A stretch of 64,000 bases of DNA from an uncultured Candidatus Saccharibacteria bacterium (GTDB lineage: Bacteria > Patescibacteriota > Saccharimonadia > Saccharimonadales > CAZICT01), in contig CAZICT010000002.1 in assembly GCA_964537935.1 (NCBI GenBank), positions 76,922 through 140,921 on the forward strand, written 5' to 3'. Position 1 is the stretch's first letter, and every line of letters begins with the position of its first letter. The position numbers were made by a program, and so were the translations under genes. Below, in pieces: positions 9,925 through 19,713 of the stretch. The notes below the pieces were generated by a model, which was not told where the DNA came from, did not search any database, and worked only from the letters and a program-made list of their open reading frames with translations.

Positions 9925-10174
9925 TGTGGACAACAAGCGAATAACTTGTGGTTTAGGTTGAGCACAAAAACCCGACTTATACTCAAGCCGACGAACGTCA
10001 CTCACAGGCTGTCAAAAACCCACAGGTTTATAAGCAGTTTGTACAATTTTAGTACCCAGCTTAGGGTAAATTTTTACACATCAATTCAATCTGTTAATCG
10101 GCACTTATACACGATTTACACAGGGCCTATTAAAACTACTACTAAGTATATACATATATAACTAAGGAGCTTCT
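9925..10174. promoter_or_regulatory. DnaA-box cluster plus AT-rich stretch in the dnaA-dnaN intergenic region (oriC part 2, candidate DUE)
   Basis: TGTGGACAA at 9925-9933 (TTGTCCACA on the minus strand), TTTTACACA at 10072-10080, TTATACACG at 10105-10113, ATTTACACA at 10114-10122. These are followed by the AT-rich aagtatatacatatataac just before dnaN. Confidence 0.55.
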
Positions 10175-11266
10175 ATGAAACTGCAGGTCACTCAGGAAAA
10201 TCTATCTCGCGCACTTGGGCATGTATCGCGGGTGGCAAATACACGCGGCACCCTACCAATCCTATCCAACGTTTTACTTAAGATTGTCGGCAATAGGCTT
10301 AGTATTGCAGCGACCAATCTTGATATTGCTATTACCCACTATGTTGGTGCCAAAGTCAGTGAAGAAGGTGCCATAACAGTCCCTGCCCGGCTGATGCAGG
10401 ACTTCGTTGCCAGTCTGCCCGGCGGAGTAATAGATTTAAAACTGGATGACAACAAGCTTCATATTAGTACGGATAAATATAAATCAGTCATTAACGGTAT
10501 CAGCGCCGAAGATTACCCGGTGATGCCTGATATTGAAGACGGTAATACCTGGAAAATCGATAGTGAAACGCTTAAGAAAGGCTTACAGCAGGTCGTAATC
10601 GCAGCGTCAAACGATGAGGCTCGACCAGTACTGACCGGTGTTTATCTTCATAGTCATGAAGGAAAACTCTATATGGTGGCGACCGACAGCTATCGTTTGG
10701 CGGAAAAGCAGCTCGGTAAGGCACCGGAAGATATCGATTTGCTAATCCCGGCAAGCGCCTTACAGGATTTGCTTCGTATTCTTGGTGATCATTCCGGTGA
10801 GGTAAGCGTGACCCACGATGATCAACAGGTGCAGTTTAAGGTTGAAGATGCTGAATTGGTAACTCGCTTAATTGAAGGTAAATACCCTGATTATCGAAAG
10901 CTTATTCCGGAAAAGTTTGCTACTGCCGCGACCCTAAAACGCAGCGAATTTGTTAACATCACAAAAGTATCCAGTCTGTTTGCAAGAGAAAGCGCCGGCA
11001 GTATTACTTTAAGTATTGACGATGAGCAGAAGCAAGTAAGTATTCGCTCAATCGCATCACAAATCGGCGAAAACACAGCTGCAGCTGATGCCGAAGTAAC
11101 CGGCAGCGGTGATATAACTCTTAATTCCCGTTATGTTCTGGATGCGCTCAATGCGCTGAACGGCGAAACAGTTACCTTTTCATTTAATGGAAAACTTGAA
11201 GCGTCGGTTATAAAAGACGGTGATAGCACCGATTACATCCATGTGATTATGCCACTGAAGTCATAG
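10175..11266 (+). CDS. dnaN: DNA polymerase III beta sliding clamp
   Basis: 363-aa ORF after dnaA. Starts MKLQVTQENLSRAL...LPILSNVLL and ends ...IMPLKS, a typical clamp N-terminus and C-terminus. Confidence 0.95.
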   Translation: MKLQVTQENLSRALGHVSRVANTRGTLPILSNVLLKIVGNRLSIAATNLDIAITHYVGAKVSEEGAITVPARLMQDFVASLPGGVIDLKLDDNKLHISTDKYKSVINGISAEDYPVMPDIEDGNTWKIDSETLKKGLQQVVIAASNDEARPVLTGVYLHSHEGKLYMVATDSYRLAEKQLGKAPEDIDLLIPASALQDLLRILGDHSGEVSVTHDDQQVQFKVEDAELVTRLIEGKYPDYRKLIPEKFATAATLKRSEFVNITKVSSLFARESAGSITLSIDDEQKQVSIRSIASQIGENTAAADAEVTGSGDITLNSRYVLDALNALNGETVTFSFNGKLEASVIKDGDSTDYIHVIMPLKS

Positions 11267-11313
11267 ACTTCAGCGAGTCGCAAGTAAAAAGCAAAAAGTG
11301 TAAAGTTACAATT

Positions 11314-11658
11314 ATGAGAATTACCTCTTTCGAAGATATTGTAGCTTGGCAAAAAGCAAAAGTACTCACAATTGCGGTTTATAAATTGACGAATTCAAGT
11401 AACGATTACGGATTTAATAATCAGATTCAGCGAGCAAGCGTTTCGGTAATGAATAATATCGCTGAAGGTTTTGAAAGGCAGAGTAATAAAGAATTTAGAA
11501 AATTTTTATATATTGCAAAAGGTTCATGCGGAGAAGTTAGGTCAATGGTGAGACTGGGAGAAAGTTTAGGAGTAATGGACCGTAAAACTAGCGAAGAACT
11601 AATTACCCTATCCACTGAAGTATCGAGAATGTTATCAGGATTAATAAAAAGCTTATGA
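11314..11658 (+). CDS. Four-helix-bundle protein (23S rRNA intervening-sequence protein family)
   Basis: 114-aa ORF. The FEDIVAWQKAKVLTIAVYKLT...NIAEGFERQSNKEFRKFLYIAKGSCGEVRS pattern is characteristic of this family. Confidence 0.8.
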   Translation: MRITSFEDIVAWQKAKVLTIAVYKLTNSSNDYGFNNQIQRASVSVMNNIAEGFERQSNKEFRKFLYIAKGSCGEVRSMVRLGESLGVMDRKTSEELITLSTEVSRMLSGLIKSL

Positions 11659-11694
11659 CTTTATATTTTATAACTTTAAAAACTTTTAACTCCT

Positions 11695-12750
11695 ATGTTT
11701 CATGATATTCGCTTACAGGCGTTCCGCTCATATACGAATGAGTCTTTTGAGTTTACGCCGGGGGTAAACATCATTGTCGGTCCGAATGCCAGCGGAAAAA
11801 CCAATTTATTAGAGGCTCTTTTAATGATCGCAACCGGATCTTCCTACCGGGCACGCGACATCGAAGTTATTCAGCATGATGCTCCGTGGACACGCCTGGA
11901 CGTGTCAACCGATACTCAAAAACGCAGCGTAAAGTTAATACCACAGCAAAATGGAGTCGTACAGAAAGAGTTTATTATCGATAACAAGACATTTAAGCGC
12001 TTGAGTCTGCAGTACAGTATTCCGGTGGTGTTATTTGAGCCAAACCATTTATTACTACTGCATGGATCGCCTGACCTAAGACGTGAATACATAGATGAGC
12101 TGCTGTCTCAGATCGTGCCGGGATTTGATAATTTAAGGCGAAACTATAAACGGGCATTATCGCAACGAAATGCGCTCCTAAAGCTTGGAAACCCGTCACA
12201 GGACCAGCTTTTCGTGTGGAACTTGCGTCTAAGTGAGCTTGGCGGACAGATTGCCCTGCACCGCCAATCATTGGTTACAAAAATCGGACAAACTATTAGT
12301 GAAATTTATAATTCGCTTGCTCACACCGATGATACTGTTGAGATTGTTTATGCGAGCGTATGCGCCGGAGAACAATATGGCACCAAACTGCTTCAATTGC
12401 TTGAAAAGTCTCAAACTAAAGATCTGCAGAGAGGCTTCACTGGCTGCGGGCCGCACCGTGACGATATAGAAATCCGACTTCGTGGACATCTTGCTCAGGA
12501 AACCGCGTCGCGAGGCGAAATCAGAACACTACTACTGGCATTAAAAACCAAGGAACTGGAGCTTTTGGAAGAAAATCGGGATAAACGCCCACTGCTACTG
12601 CTTGACGATGTTTTTAGCGAGCTCGATGGTGCCCGCCGCAAGGCATTAACAGAGGTTATTCAAGGTTACCAAACATTTATCACCACCACTGACGCCGATG
12701 TAGTGGTCCAGCATTTCATGGACGCCTGCAACATAATCCCTCTAAGCTGA
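11695..12750 (+). CDS. recF: DNA replication/repair protein RecF
   Basis: 351-aa ORF. Walker A GPNASGKTNLLEAL and the C-terminal LLLLDDVFSELD signature. Confidence 0.93.
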   Translation: MFHDIRLQAFRSYTNESFEFTPGVNIIVGPNASGKTNLLEALLMIATGSSYRARDIEVIQHDAPWTRLDVSTDTQKRSVKLIPQQNGVVQKEFIIDNKTFKRLSLQYSIPVVLFEPNHLLLLHGSPDLRREYIDELLSQIVPGFDNLRRNYKRALSQRNALLKLGNPSQDQLFVWNLRLSELGGQIALHRQSLVTKIGQTISEIYNSLAHTDDTVEIVYASVCAGEQYGTKLLQLLEKSQTKDLQRGFTGCGPHRDDIEIRLRGHLAQETASRGEIRTLLLALKTKELELLEENRDKRPLLLLDDVFSELDGARRKALTEVIQGYQTFITTTDADVVVQHFMDACNIIPLS

Positions 12751-12753
12751 TTT

Positions 12754-13464
12754 TTATATCGGCTCAGTTATACGATAGCGTATTAAGTAGTTATCTGGAT
12801 TAAAACCAAGCGATCTGATATGTGTTAATGCATCACTTTTATACTGTTCAATCGTAGTATCTTTATGGGGTCCAAGATCTGCATTATTAAGGATAATTTT
12901 TATGTTTAAAACATAAATAGCGTTTCCGTCTTCAGATGCCTCATATGCACCGGTAATAGTATAGTGAAGGCTGCTTTCAGGAAGGTGTTTGGCGATAGGA
13001 TCTTCGGTATTGTCTTTGTCGGTTTCTTCAAGTTGGAGTATTTTTTGATCAGATGGTAATTGGTGGTAAGGGATATACTTCGCTTCAAAATTAAATGAGT
13101 GTTCATTAATAATTTCACCATTTACTGCTTCAATTGAATTAACTGAAAAAGCATATTGTCGGCCGGCAAATAATTCATCTAAGTACAGATATAGTGTCGA
13201 ACCTTCAATCTTAAAATATGAAACTAATTCTTCAGGGTCGTTAAGTCGCTCAAGATAATTAATATCTTCCTTAAGCTGTTTATTAAAAACCATCTTAATT
13301 GTAGTACTACTGGTAGCTATTTTACCGCGATCACCAGGAGTTATGGCTACTACCCTAAACTTAGAAGTAGAAATAATATATCCAATTAACAATATAATTA
13401 TGAGAAAACCACCAATTACTATCAGTAATCGCTGTTGTCGAATAGATGATTGCTTTTGGTTCAT
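12754..13464 (-). CDS. Bitopic membrane protein, last gene of the T4SS-like operon (PrgL/VirB8 position; function unproven)
   Basis: 236-aa ORF with one N-terminal TM segment (LLIVIGGFLIIILLIGYII). It starts 4 nt downstream of the CHAP gene stop. Confidence 0.6.
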   Translation of the reverse strand: MNQKQSSIRQQRLLIVIGGFLIIILLIGYIISTSKFRVVAITPGDRGKIATSSTTIKMVFNKQLKEDINYLERLNDPEELVSYFKIEGSTLYLYLDELFAGRQYAFSVNSIEAVNGEIINEHSFNFEAKYIPYHQLPSDQKILQLEETDKDNTEDPIAKHLPESSLHYTITGAYEASEDGNAIYVLNIKIILNNADLGPHKDTTIEQYKSDALTHIRSLGFNPDNYLIRYRITEPI

Positions 13465-13468
13465 ATTT

Positions 13469-14722
13469 CTATTCTATCCTCATAAATCCAGTTAACGCCG
13501 GCGAATTCATACTTTGGGTGGCCTCCTTGATGGTATTGCTCTCATTACCGCCAATCGATACATATGTTTCTGTACTAGCATCATAACTTACCACAATATT
13601 TACATGGGAGGGATATGGCCCTACACCTTCTTTATAAATCGCAATATCACCTGGTCTTGGTTCAAAACCCTGCTCTGTTGGTTCGTGGAAGAAGCCATTA
13701 TCTCTAGCGTAAGCCAACATACTCGCTACAGCCGGTATCGGCCCTTCTTCAAATGGTCTACCTGCTTCACGCAACACCCAACTTACAAAATATGCGCACC
13801 ACGCCAGATGATTATTATCTGTGTACTTAAGATAGCTACCGTCGGCTTCGTTAGCTCCAGCATCAAGTTCTCTACGGGCAATTTGTACTATACGCTCTCC
13901 TAGTGCCCCGGTTATCCCGTTTGAGCAAGAAATACCTCCCTGAAGACCTGCTAGAGCGGAGTAAACCACAAAAGCTCCATGCTGACTATTTGCAGGGTAC
14001 GAAAGTGAACCTCCATCAGTTTTTATCTGTCCCCAAGAAGTTGGGTTAAAGGCAGGGTCCCTTTCTCGATCAGCAATATTCATAACATAAGGAGAACCTT
14101 CAAAGCCCTGGGTGTCTCGGTCAAACCCTAGTTGCACTGCTTGGTTTATATATACAGACGCTCGACCGTTATAGCTAAAGAAAAGATCTTTGATTGCATC
14201 CGGTTGTGAATTACTTGTGCTTATCTCTCTATTTTCTTCTATAGGAGTACGTTGAGAAAAGTCCGTCTTCACCCTCTCAGCCATAAATAAAGTTTGACGT
14301 CTGAATTCTTCGTCTGTTACCTCTCCTTCGGGATATGGACCACCATCCCCGTTGTAAAACTGGTAAATGCCCTGGCCGTTACCTGGATTTCGACGTGCAA
14401 GTCCGGTCTCGAGTAGGTGAATAACGGCGAGTAAGGCCCACGGTACATCATGTTCTTGAGCTGCCTCTTCATAAAAAGGGCGGTTATCGTCGATTTGCTC
14501 TAACTGGGCATCGTTAAGAATTTCTCGTCCGGCGTAATCGGCGTTATTAATTTCTCCACTGGCACTTACTGATCCTGACGGGCTACAACCCGTTGCTGAA
14601 CTATAGTATGGGTAGTAGATTTCATCTCCTTCCGATAAAGCAGCGATTGGGGTATTTACTACAAACCCAAAACAGTATGTTAGTACTAATATGTATAGTA
14701 AGTATTTTTTAATCTTTATCAT
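13469..14722 (-). CDS. Secreted peptidoglycan hydrolase: lytic-transglycosylase-like N-domain plus CHAP amidase/peptidase C-domain
   Basis: SLT-like region VPWALLAVIHLLETGLARRNPGNGQGIYQF. CHAP motifs LAWCAYFVSWVLREAG (Cys), PSHVNIVVS (His) and IGGNESN. I prefer the ATG at 14722, which gives a signal-like MIKIKKYLLYILVL and an ATGA overlap with the upstream gene; the track start is 14746. Confidence 0.8.
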   Translation of the reverse strand: MIKIKKYLLYILVLTYCFGFVVNTPIAALSEGDEIYYPYYSSATGCSPSGSVSASGEINNADYAGREILNDAQLEQIDDNRPFYEEAAQEHDVPWALLAVIHLLETGLARRNPGNGQGIYQFYNGDGGPYPEGEVTDEEFRRQTLFMAERVKTDFSQRTPIEENREISTSNSQPDAIKDLFFSYNGRASVYINQAVQLGFDRDTQGFEGSPYVMNIADRERDPAFNPTSWGQIKTDGGSLSYPANSQHGAFVVYSALAGLQGGISCSNGITGALGERIVQIARRELDAGANEADGSYLKYTDNNHLAWCAYFVSWVLREAGRPFEEGPIPAVASMLAYARDNGFFHEPTEQGFEPRPGDIAIYKEGVGPYPSHVNIVVSYDASTETYVSIGGNESNTIKEATQSMNSPALTGFMRIE

Positions 14723-17700
14723 CGTCCATTCACCGACCAATGCCATGATTCACTCGGCAAATTATACAATCCATAATTTGCCGCATTTGCACTCAACCAA
14801 TTAAAGCAAGTACTTCCACTTGAACAGTTTCTGAAATCAAGCGCTTCTCCATTTTCATGATTTGAGGTTCCAGGACGAGCTGTAGGTGGGCTACATGCCC
14901 TTGAGGGCGTGTTGTCATTAGGGCAGCCGTGAGCAATACGCAATGCCTTTTGTTCGTCGTAGGATCGATACGCTCCGGCGGTTAAATTAACCCCGTCATC
15001 TTCAGCTGCTCGCAATAAGTTAATGACATTTTGAGCAATCGAAACATTAACATCAAAAGATACATTCCCACGAATAATACAGAGGCGAATCTCATAAAGG
15101 AGTACTTTACCTGGACCATATTTTTGAGCAATACCGCCGTCAGATATTTCTGGATCATCAGGACAACTCAAATCGGAGGTATCTGTACCACTCTCTATAG
15201 ACGTCGGTGTTGATGTGGAGGTATCAATGCCCTCGTCATACTCACCAGTAAAATGCATACTGCCCGCTTCTTCAACGGCCTCTTCAAGTAAACACGGATC
15301 AGCGTTTATGTTTACATCAAACGGCATATCATCAGGACGACCCACATCAAATACCCCTTCCGGGTTGGCTTCGAGTCGTCTATCGTATGATTCGTCACAC
15401 ATGTACTTTTCATTTACTTCTTCCTCGGTCATACCCGTTCCGTTATTAGCGGTAAATATTTCATGATCTGTGGGATACCCACTATTGATTACACCGTATG
15501 GGTTGCTGAGCGTAGCAGGTGGAAGTGCTTGACTGTGGGATGTGAATATTCCTGCAATTGAAGAAAAAGAAGATAGAAATGTTGATGGATTAAAGAAGCT
15601 GGCCATATTTTGAGTCATATTAACCGCAGTAACCGGCATATGCATTGCAAAGTTGCCAACGATACTCTCCTTTACGCTAGGTGAGAAGTAACGAGCAAAG
15701 AAACTTCTATTCTTAAGCTCGTATTTGTAGTTGTTATACATTTCTGCCTGAATTGAGGCGACTTCAGCATCTGATAAGTATTGACCACCAATCGTATCCG
15801 ATCTATCACCGCCTACTGACCCACCTAGGGAAGAGTTCTTCACAGCAATGCCAGCGTAGAGTGCTTCATAGGCATCGCCACCTTCTTCAGCGCCTGTAAT
15901 ACTGAAACCCAAAAACCAGTCGAGCGCTGTTTCCACAGCGCTTGCGATAACATCATCAAGCCCCGTTACTTCAAGTAGTTGCTGAATTACCTCGTCGATA
16001 CCTAGCGCGCTTGTAATTGCTGATACAGCATCATTAATAGCACCAACAATACCACCAATAGTTCCTCTATACAGGTCGCCTATACGGTCAATCGCACTCC
16101 ACCATGGTGCGCTAGTGAATCCAGCCCTGTCCTGCAATAGCTTCTTGTTAGGGCATACCAATTCACCAGGTTCTAGAATCTCGGGAGGCGTATTTGGGTT
16201 ATCATCACAATCTCGGCTAATTTGTGCTAATGCAGACACACTGCCAGGCTCCCAATATGCTGCTTGATATACTGGACTCTCTTCAAAATTATCAAATGTT
16301 TCAGCAAGTACTCTAGCATCCTCAGGGTCCATGTCTTCTCCAGCACGTTGTTGATCTGCTGCACTTAGTATCGTGGTGCCGAAGCCAGCATATTGATGCG
16401 CAAGGCTATCATATACAACTATGCTTAGCGCACCACTATCAACCGCACCTTGTATCTGGGCTATGGCATCTACAAGGCCTATTCCTGCCGCGAATGAAGC
16501 CAAGACTTTACGTAAACCAATATTCTTTATTCTAGCTGCCAAGTTATCTCCAACCCCATCACCGTCAATTGCCTCAACAGCTTCATCTACTGAGCTAGAA
16601 ACAGAATTACGGTCTGCATTATCTGCTGCCTCTACTCCTTCGGCATCTACGGTTTCTCCGTCTTCATTTGTTCGCGTTACGCGATCATTATCGGTGGCAC
16701 CTTTCCTGATGTCATCACACTTTTCCCCTCCCTCGAGCAAGCAATCAAGATATAAGCCATACCTTTCAGATACTCGACCAACGGTTTGTCTAACTGCATA
16801 TTGCTTGAAGGCGGTCTTTTTCTCTATATATTTTTCTCTTGTGTTATTTCTAGTTTTCTCAAATGGTTTCCATCTATTTACACCATAGTACTTCTTGAGT
16901 ATGCTGCGCATATGATGTCGCCTAATAATTTGTCGCGACTTTGTTTCTGATCTTGTGAATTCGTTAATAAACTTTCTAGCTTCACGAGAATCGAGATCTC
17001 TATATCTTCTGTCTGAGCTCGAGTCTACCCCTAAGTCTTCTAGTTGCCAGTTGGTCGGACGAGTATGTTGTCTGCCAAGTATTTCTCCTTGAGGGATTTT
17101 TGGAACTAACCGAACGTTATATTCTTGAATCAACTTCGATTCTAGGTTTGCCCCTCTCCAGTTCGTATAGAGGGTACTAAATACACCATTCCCTAAGTAC
17201 GTAAATCTATCACTCTCATTATTGAAATCAAGAACACCACTGCTCTCAAGTGACCTAATAATTAAATAACGGTTCATGTAGTACTCAAGCCTGCGTTCGA
17301 TAGCATACTCCGGTACTTGCCCTACCCGTTGTTCAATCTGCTCAATAATTGCAGTAACTTTGAAGGGCAACAAGAAAGAGATTAGCATCATTAAACCACC
17401 AATTAGGGTAAGTCCTAGGCTAACACCTATAAGTAATCCTTTTGACTTTAAATAAGAGTTTTGTCGTGCTTTAAGGTTAGCCTTCCAGTTAGAAGGGGGT
17501 ATGTTTGCAGATTCTTTCTCTGCTTTGCTTGTGAGTGGCTCGCTGGTGTCTTTATTCGCGTTACTTTCTGCAGCGGCAATTTCATCACCTGAGAGTATTT
17601 TTTTCGATTCGGAGCTTGACGGTGTAGCACCTTCGCTCGCACGATCTTCCATCGCCTTTTCTTCGGCTGCGTTGATGCCGGTCGTTTCGCGCAGAAACTC

Positions 17701-17748
17701 CGGTGTTATTTCTTCTTTTGCTGTTCGTTCATCTTGGTCTAAAGACAC
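14719..17748 (-). CDS. 1009-aa membrane protein with a C-terminal M15B/VanY-type D-Ala-D-Ala peptidase domain
   Basis: One TM segment near residue 110 (LLIGVSLGLTLIGGLMMLISFLLPF). The C-terminus has YRSYDEQKAL, SNHENGEALDF (SxHxxGxAxD) and ESWHWS (EWWH-like), the zinc-peptidase M15 motifs. Confidence 0.75.
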   Translation of the reverse strand: MSLDQDERTAKEEITPEFLRETTGINAAEEKAMEDRASEGATPSSSESKKILSGDEIAAAESNANKDTSEPLTSKAEKESANIPPSNWKANLKARQNSYLKSKGLLIGVSLGLTLIGGLMMLISFLLPFKVTAIIEQIEQRVGQVPEYAIERRLEYYMNRYLIIRSLESSGVLDFNNESDRFTYLGNGVFSTLYTNWRGANLESKLIQEYNVRLVPKIPQGEILGRQHTRPTNWQLEDLGVDSSSDRRYRDLDSREARKFINEFTRSETKSRQIIRRHHMRSILKKYYGVNRWKPFEKTRNNTREKYIEKKTAFKQYAVRQTVGRVSERYGLYLDCLLEGGEKCDDIRKGATDNDRVTRTNEDGETVDAEGVEAADNADRNSVSSSVDEAVEAIDGDGVGDNLAARIKNIGLRKVLASFAAGIGLVDAIAQIQGAVDSGALSIVVYDSLAHQYAGFGTTILSAADQQRAGEDMDPEDARVLAETFDNFEESPVYQAAYWEPGSVSALAQISRDCDDNPNTPPEILEPGELVCPNKKLLQDRAGFTSAPWWSAIDRIGDLYRGTIGGIVGAINDAVSAITSALGIDEVIQQLLEVTGLDDVIASAVETALDWFLGFSITGAEEGGDAYEALYAGIAVKNSSLGGSVGGDRSDTIGGQYLSDAEVASIQAEMYNNYKYELKNRSFFARYFSPSVKESIVGNFAMHMPVTAVNMTQNMASFFNPSTFLSSFSSIAGIFTSHSQALPPATLSNPYGVINSGYPTDHEIFTANNGTGMTEEEVNEKYMCDESYDRRLEANPEGVFDVGRPDDMPFDVNINADPCLLEEAVEEAGSMHFTGEYDEGIDTSTSTPTSIESGTDTSDLSCPDDPEISDGGIAQKYGPGKVLLYEIRLCIIRGNVSFDVNVSIAQNVINLLRAAEDDGVNLTAGAYRSYDEQKALRIAHGCPNDNTPSRACSPPTARPGTSNHENGEALDFRNCSSGSTCFNWLSANAANYGLYNLPSESWHWSVNGR

Positions 17749-17781
17749 AAAGGGTTACTCCACTTCGGTGTTCAAGGGTCA

Positions 17782-19695
17782 TTATACCCCAGGGTACAAA
17801 CGGTTTTCCAGGTCAATCGTTCCTTGAGGCTGGTTAAATTCGCCTTGCTGTTCAATTTGTTGAACCTGCTGAGGATTAGTGGTAATGAGCCCGGTTTCTG
17901 TTGGACTGGCTACAATCTGAATGTGGACGTGGTTTTGACCGGCAAAGAATAATCCTTGGCCAACCGGAAATTGACTTAGACGCTTCTTTTCTTCGGCGGT
18001 TAGTTTGAACACCTCAGACAACACATCAACCGCACTCGGAGACTGTTTTAAGAGTATTTGCATCGACGCGTTGGCTACGATTGCTCGGCCCATGCGGCTA
18101 CCCATAAAGTCTTCCACATCCTGCGTAATAGTTGTAATACCAAGGTTATATTTTCTTGCTCGTTTCGCCAGGCTAAATAGGAAATTAGCCGAATCTTCAT
18201 ACTTCATCAGCTGCCAAGCCTCGTCAACTACCAGTATTCGTTTCTTTTGATCGGTCTTTGTCTTGTTCCATATGTAATTAAGCACAATATACATCGCTAC
18301 CGGCCTTAGTTCATCTTCGAGGTCGCGGATGTTAAACACCACTAAAGGATTATTAATGTCGATATTGCTTTGCTGGGAAAAGATGCCGGCAAACGTACCG
18401 GTAGTATATTTACGCAATCGCTGGGCAAGTTGCGGCCCGTTGCCTCCCATATGCAGCAACGTGTCATAAAGGTCATTAATTGTCGGCGGCGGCGAGTTAT
18501 GAGTCAAGGGATCGTTGGTGATGCCTGCTTTGGCATAAGTTTCAATTAGTGCCGCATCCAGGTCAGCCTCTTCTGAAGGTGCAAGAGTTGGTGCAACCAC
18601 ACCGTTGCCTCCAGCGGCGGCCATCTGCGCCTGCGCACCACCCATCATTAGTCGTAAAAGTCCGTGTAGGGTTATAAGGTTACTTCTAAGAGCGTTATCG
18701 GCTTCTTCGGTGTCAACGACTTTTGGTATGTCAAACGGATTGATGCGGGTGGCCGAGTTAAGACTTAGTCGTACGTATGCGCCACCGACTGCCTCGGCCA
18801 TACGTTGATACTCATTTTCAGGGTCGATGATGAAGACTTCCGTACCGAACATCATACTGCGCAAGGCTTCAAGCTTAACAGTGAATGATTTACCTGCACC
18901 GGACTTGGCAAAAACAACCGAATTACCATTTTCTAAGGAGAAACGGTCAAAAATTACCAATCCTGAATTGTGCATATTAATGCCGTATAAAATTCCATTT
19001 TCCTGACTGAGCTCGGCTGAAGTAAACGGAAAGCTGGTCGATAGCGCGCCGGTGCTGAAGTTGCGCCGGATTTGCAGCTGATCAACAAAATGCGGAATGG
19101 TGCTGTTAAGTCCTTGCTCCTGCTGCGAGGTAGCGGGTTTTGAAAAGATTGATTGCTGGCCAAGCATTGACTCAACCTTGTGGGTAATAAACTCAAGCTC
19201 ATCTTTGCTTTCAGCGTAGAGCGTAAAGTAAAAACCAAAGCGGAAAAAGCGCTCCTCGCCGACCTGAAGTTTGTCACGCATTTCTTCGGCATCGAGAATG
19301 GCAGCTTGCTTACCCGGATCCCTGACGCGGCCCTTTTCTGCCTCTATCTGGATGCCGGCCTCAAGTTGGGAGACTTTTTTACGCAAGTTTTCTAATACGA
19401 CCTGGCTTTCCACCGGGTAAATATAAAGCGACATATCCATCACCTCATCGAGATTGACCATACTTGATAGCCATCCAGTAAAGACCTGGCGCGGATAACC
19501 ATAGACGTAATAGGTCCGGGCAATCCTGGTACCAAGTTGAAAGTGAGTGCCAAAAAACTCTATAGAACTCGGGGCAATAAAGTCACGCAGCGCTGTAATG
19601 CCTTTTTGAAAGGCAGCTTGGACTTCCTGCTCCTCACGGGCGCGTTGTGCCTGTGCTAAGGCAATTGGATCAACCGGCTGATTCTTTTTAGCCAT
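17782..19695 (-). CDS. virB4: VirB4/PrgJ/TraE-family type IV secretion ATPase
   Basis: 637-aa ORF. Walker A VVFAKSGAGKSFTVK and Walker B RILVVDEAWQLM. The N-domain pattern is ARTYYVYGYPRQVFTGWLSSM...SLYIYP. Confidence 0.85.
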   Translation of the reverse strand: MAKKNQPVDPIALAQAQRAREEQEVQAAFQKGITALRDFIAPSSIEFFGTHFQLGTRIARTYYVYGYPRQVFTGWLSSMVNLDEVMDMSLYIYPVESQVVLENLRKKVSQLEAGIQIEAEKGRVRDPGKQAAILDAEEMRDKLQVGEERFFRFGFYFTLYAESKDELEFITHKVESMLGQQSIFSKPATSQQEQGLNSTIPHFVDQLQIRRNFSTGALSTSFPFTSAELSQENGILYGINMHNSGLVIFDRFSLENGNSVVFAKSGAGKSFTVKLEALRSMMFGTEVFIIDPENEYQRMAEAVGGAYVRLSLNSATRINPFDIPKVVDTEEADNALRSNLITLHGLLRLMMGGAQAQMAAAGGNGVVAPTLAPSEEADLDAALIETYAKAGITNDPLTHNSPPPTINDLYDTLLHMGGNGPQLAQRLRKYTTGTFAGIFSQQSNIDINNPLVVFNIRDLEDELRPVAMYIVLNYIWNKTKTDQKKRILVVDEAWQLMKYEDSANFLFSLAKRARKYNLGITTITQDVEDFMGSRMGRAIVANASMQILLKQSPSAVDVLSEVFKLTAEEKKRLSQFPVGQGLFFAGQNHVHIQIVASPTETGLITTNPQQVQQIEQQGEFNQPQGTIDLENRLYPGV

Positions 19696-19713
19696 TGCTT
19701 CCCTCGTGCATTA

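Noticed and set aside
9832-10161. 109-aa plus-strand ORF in the dnaA-dnaN intergenic region
   Set aside because: It overlaps the dnaA stop and has no RBS. Its composition is odd and low-complexity. It lies exactly over the DnaA-box/AT-rich region, which is more plausibly oriC than a gene.
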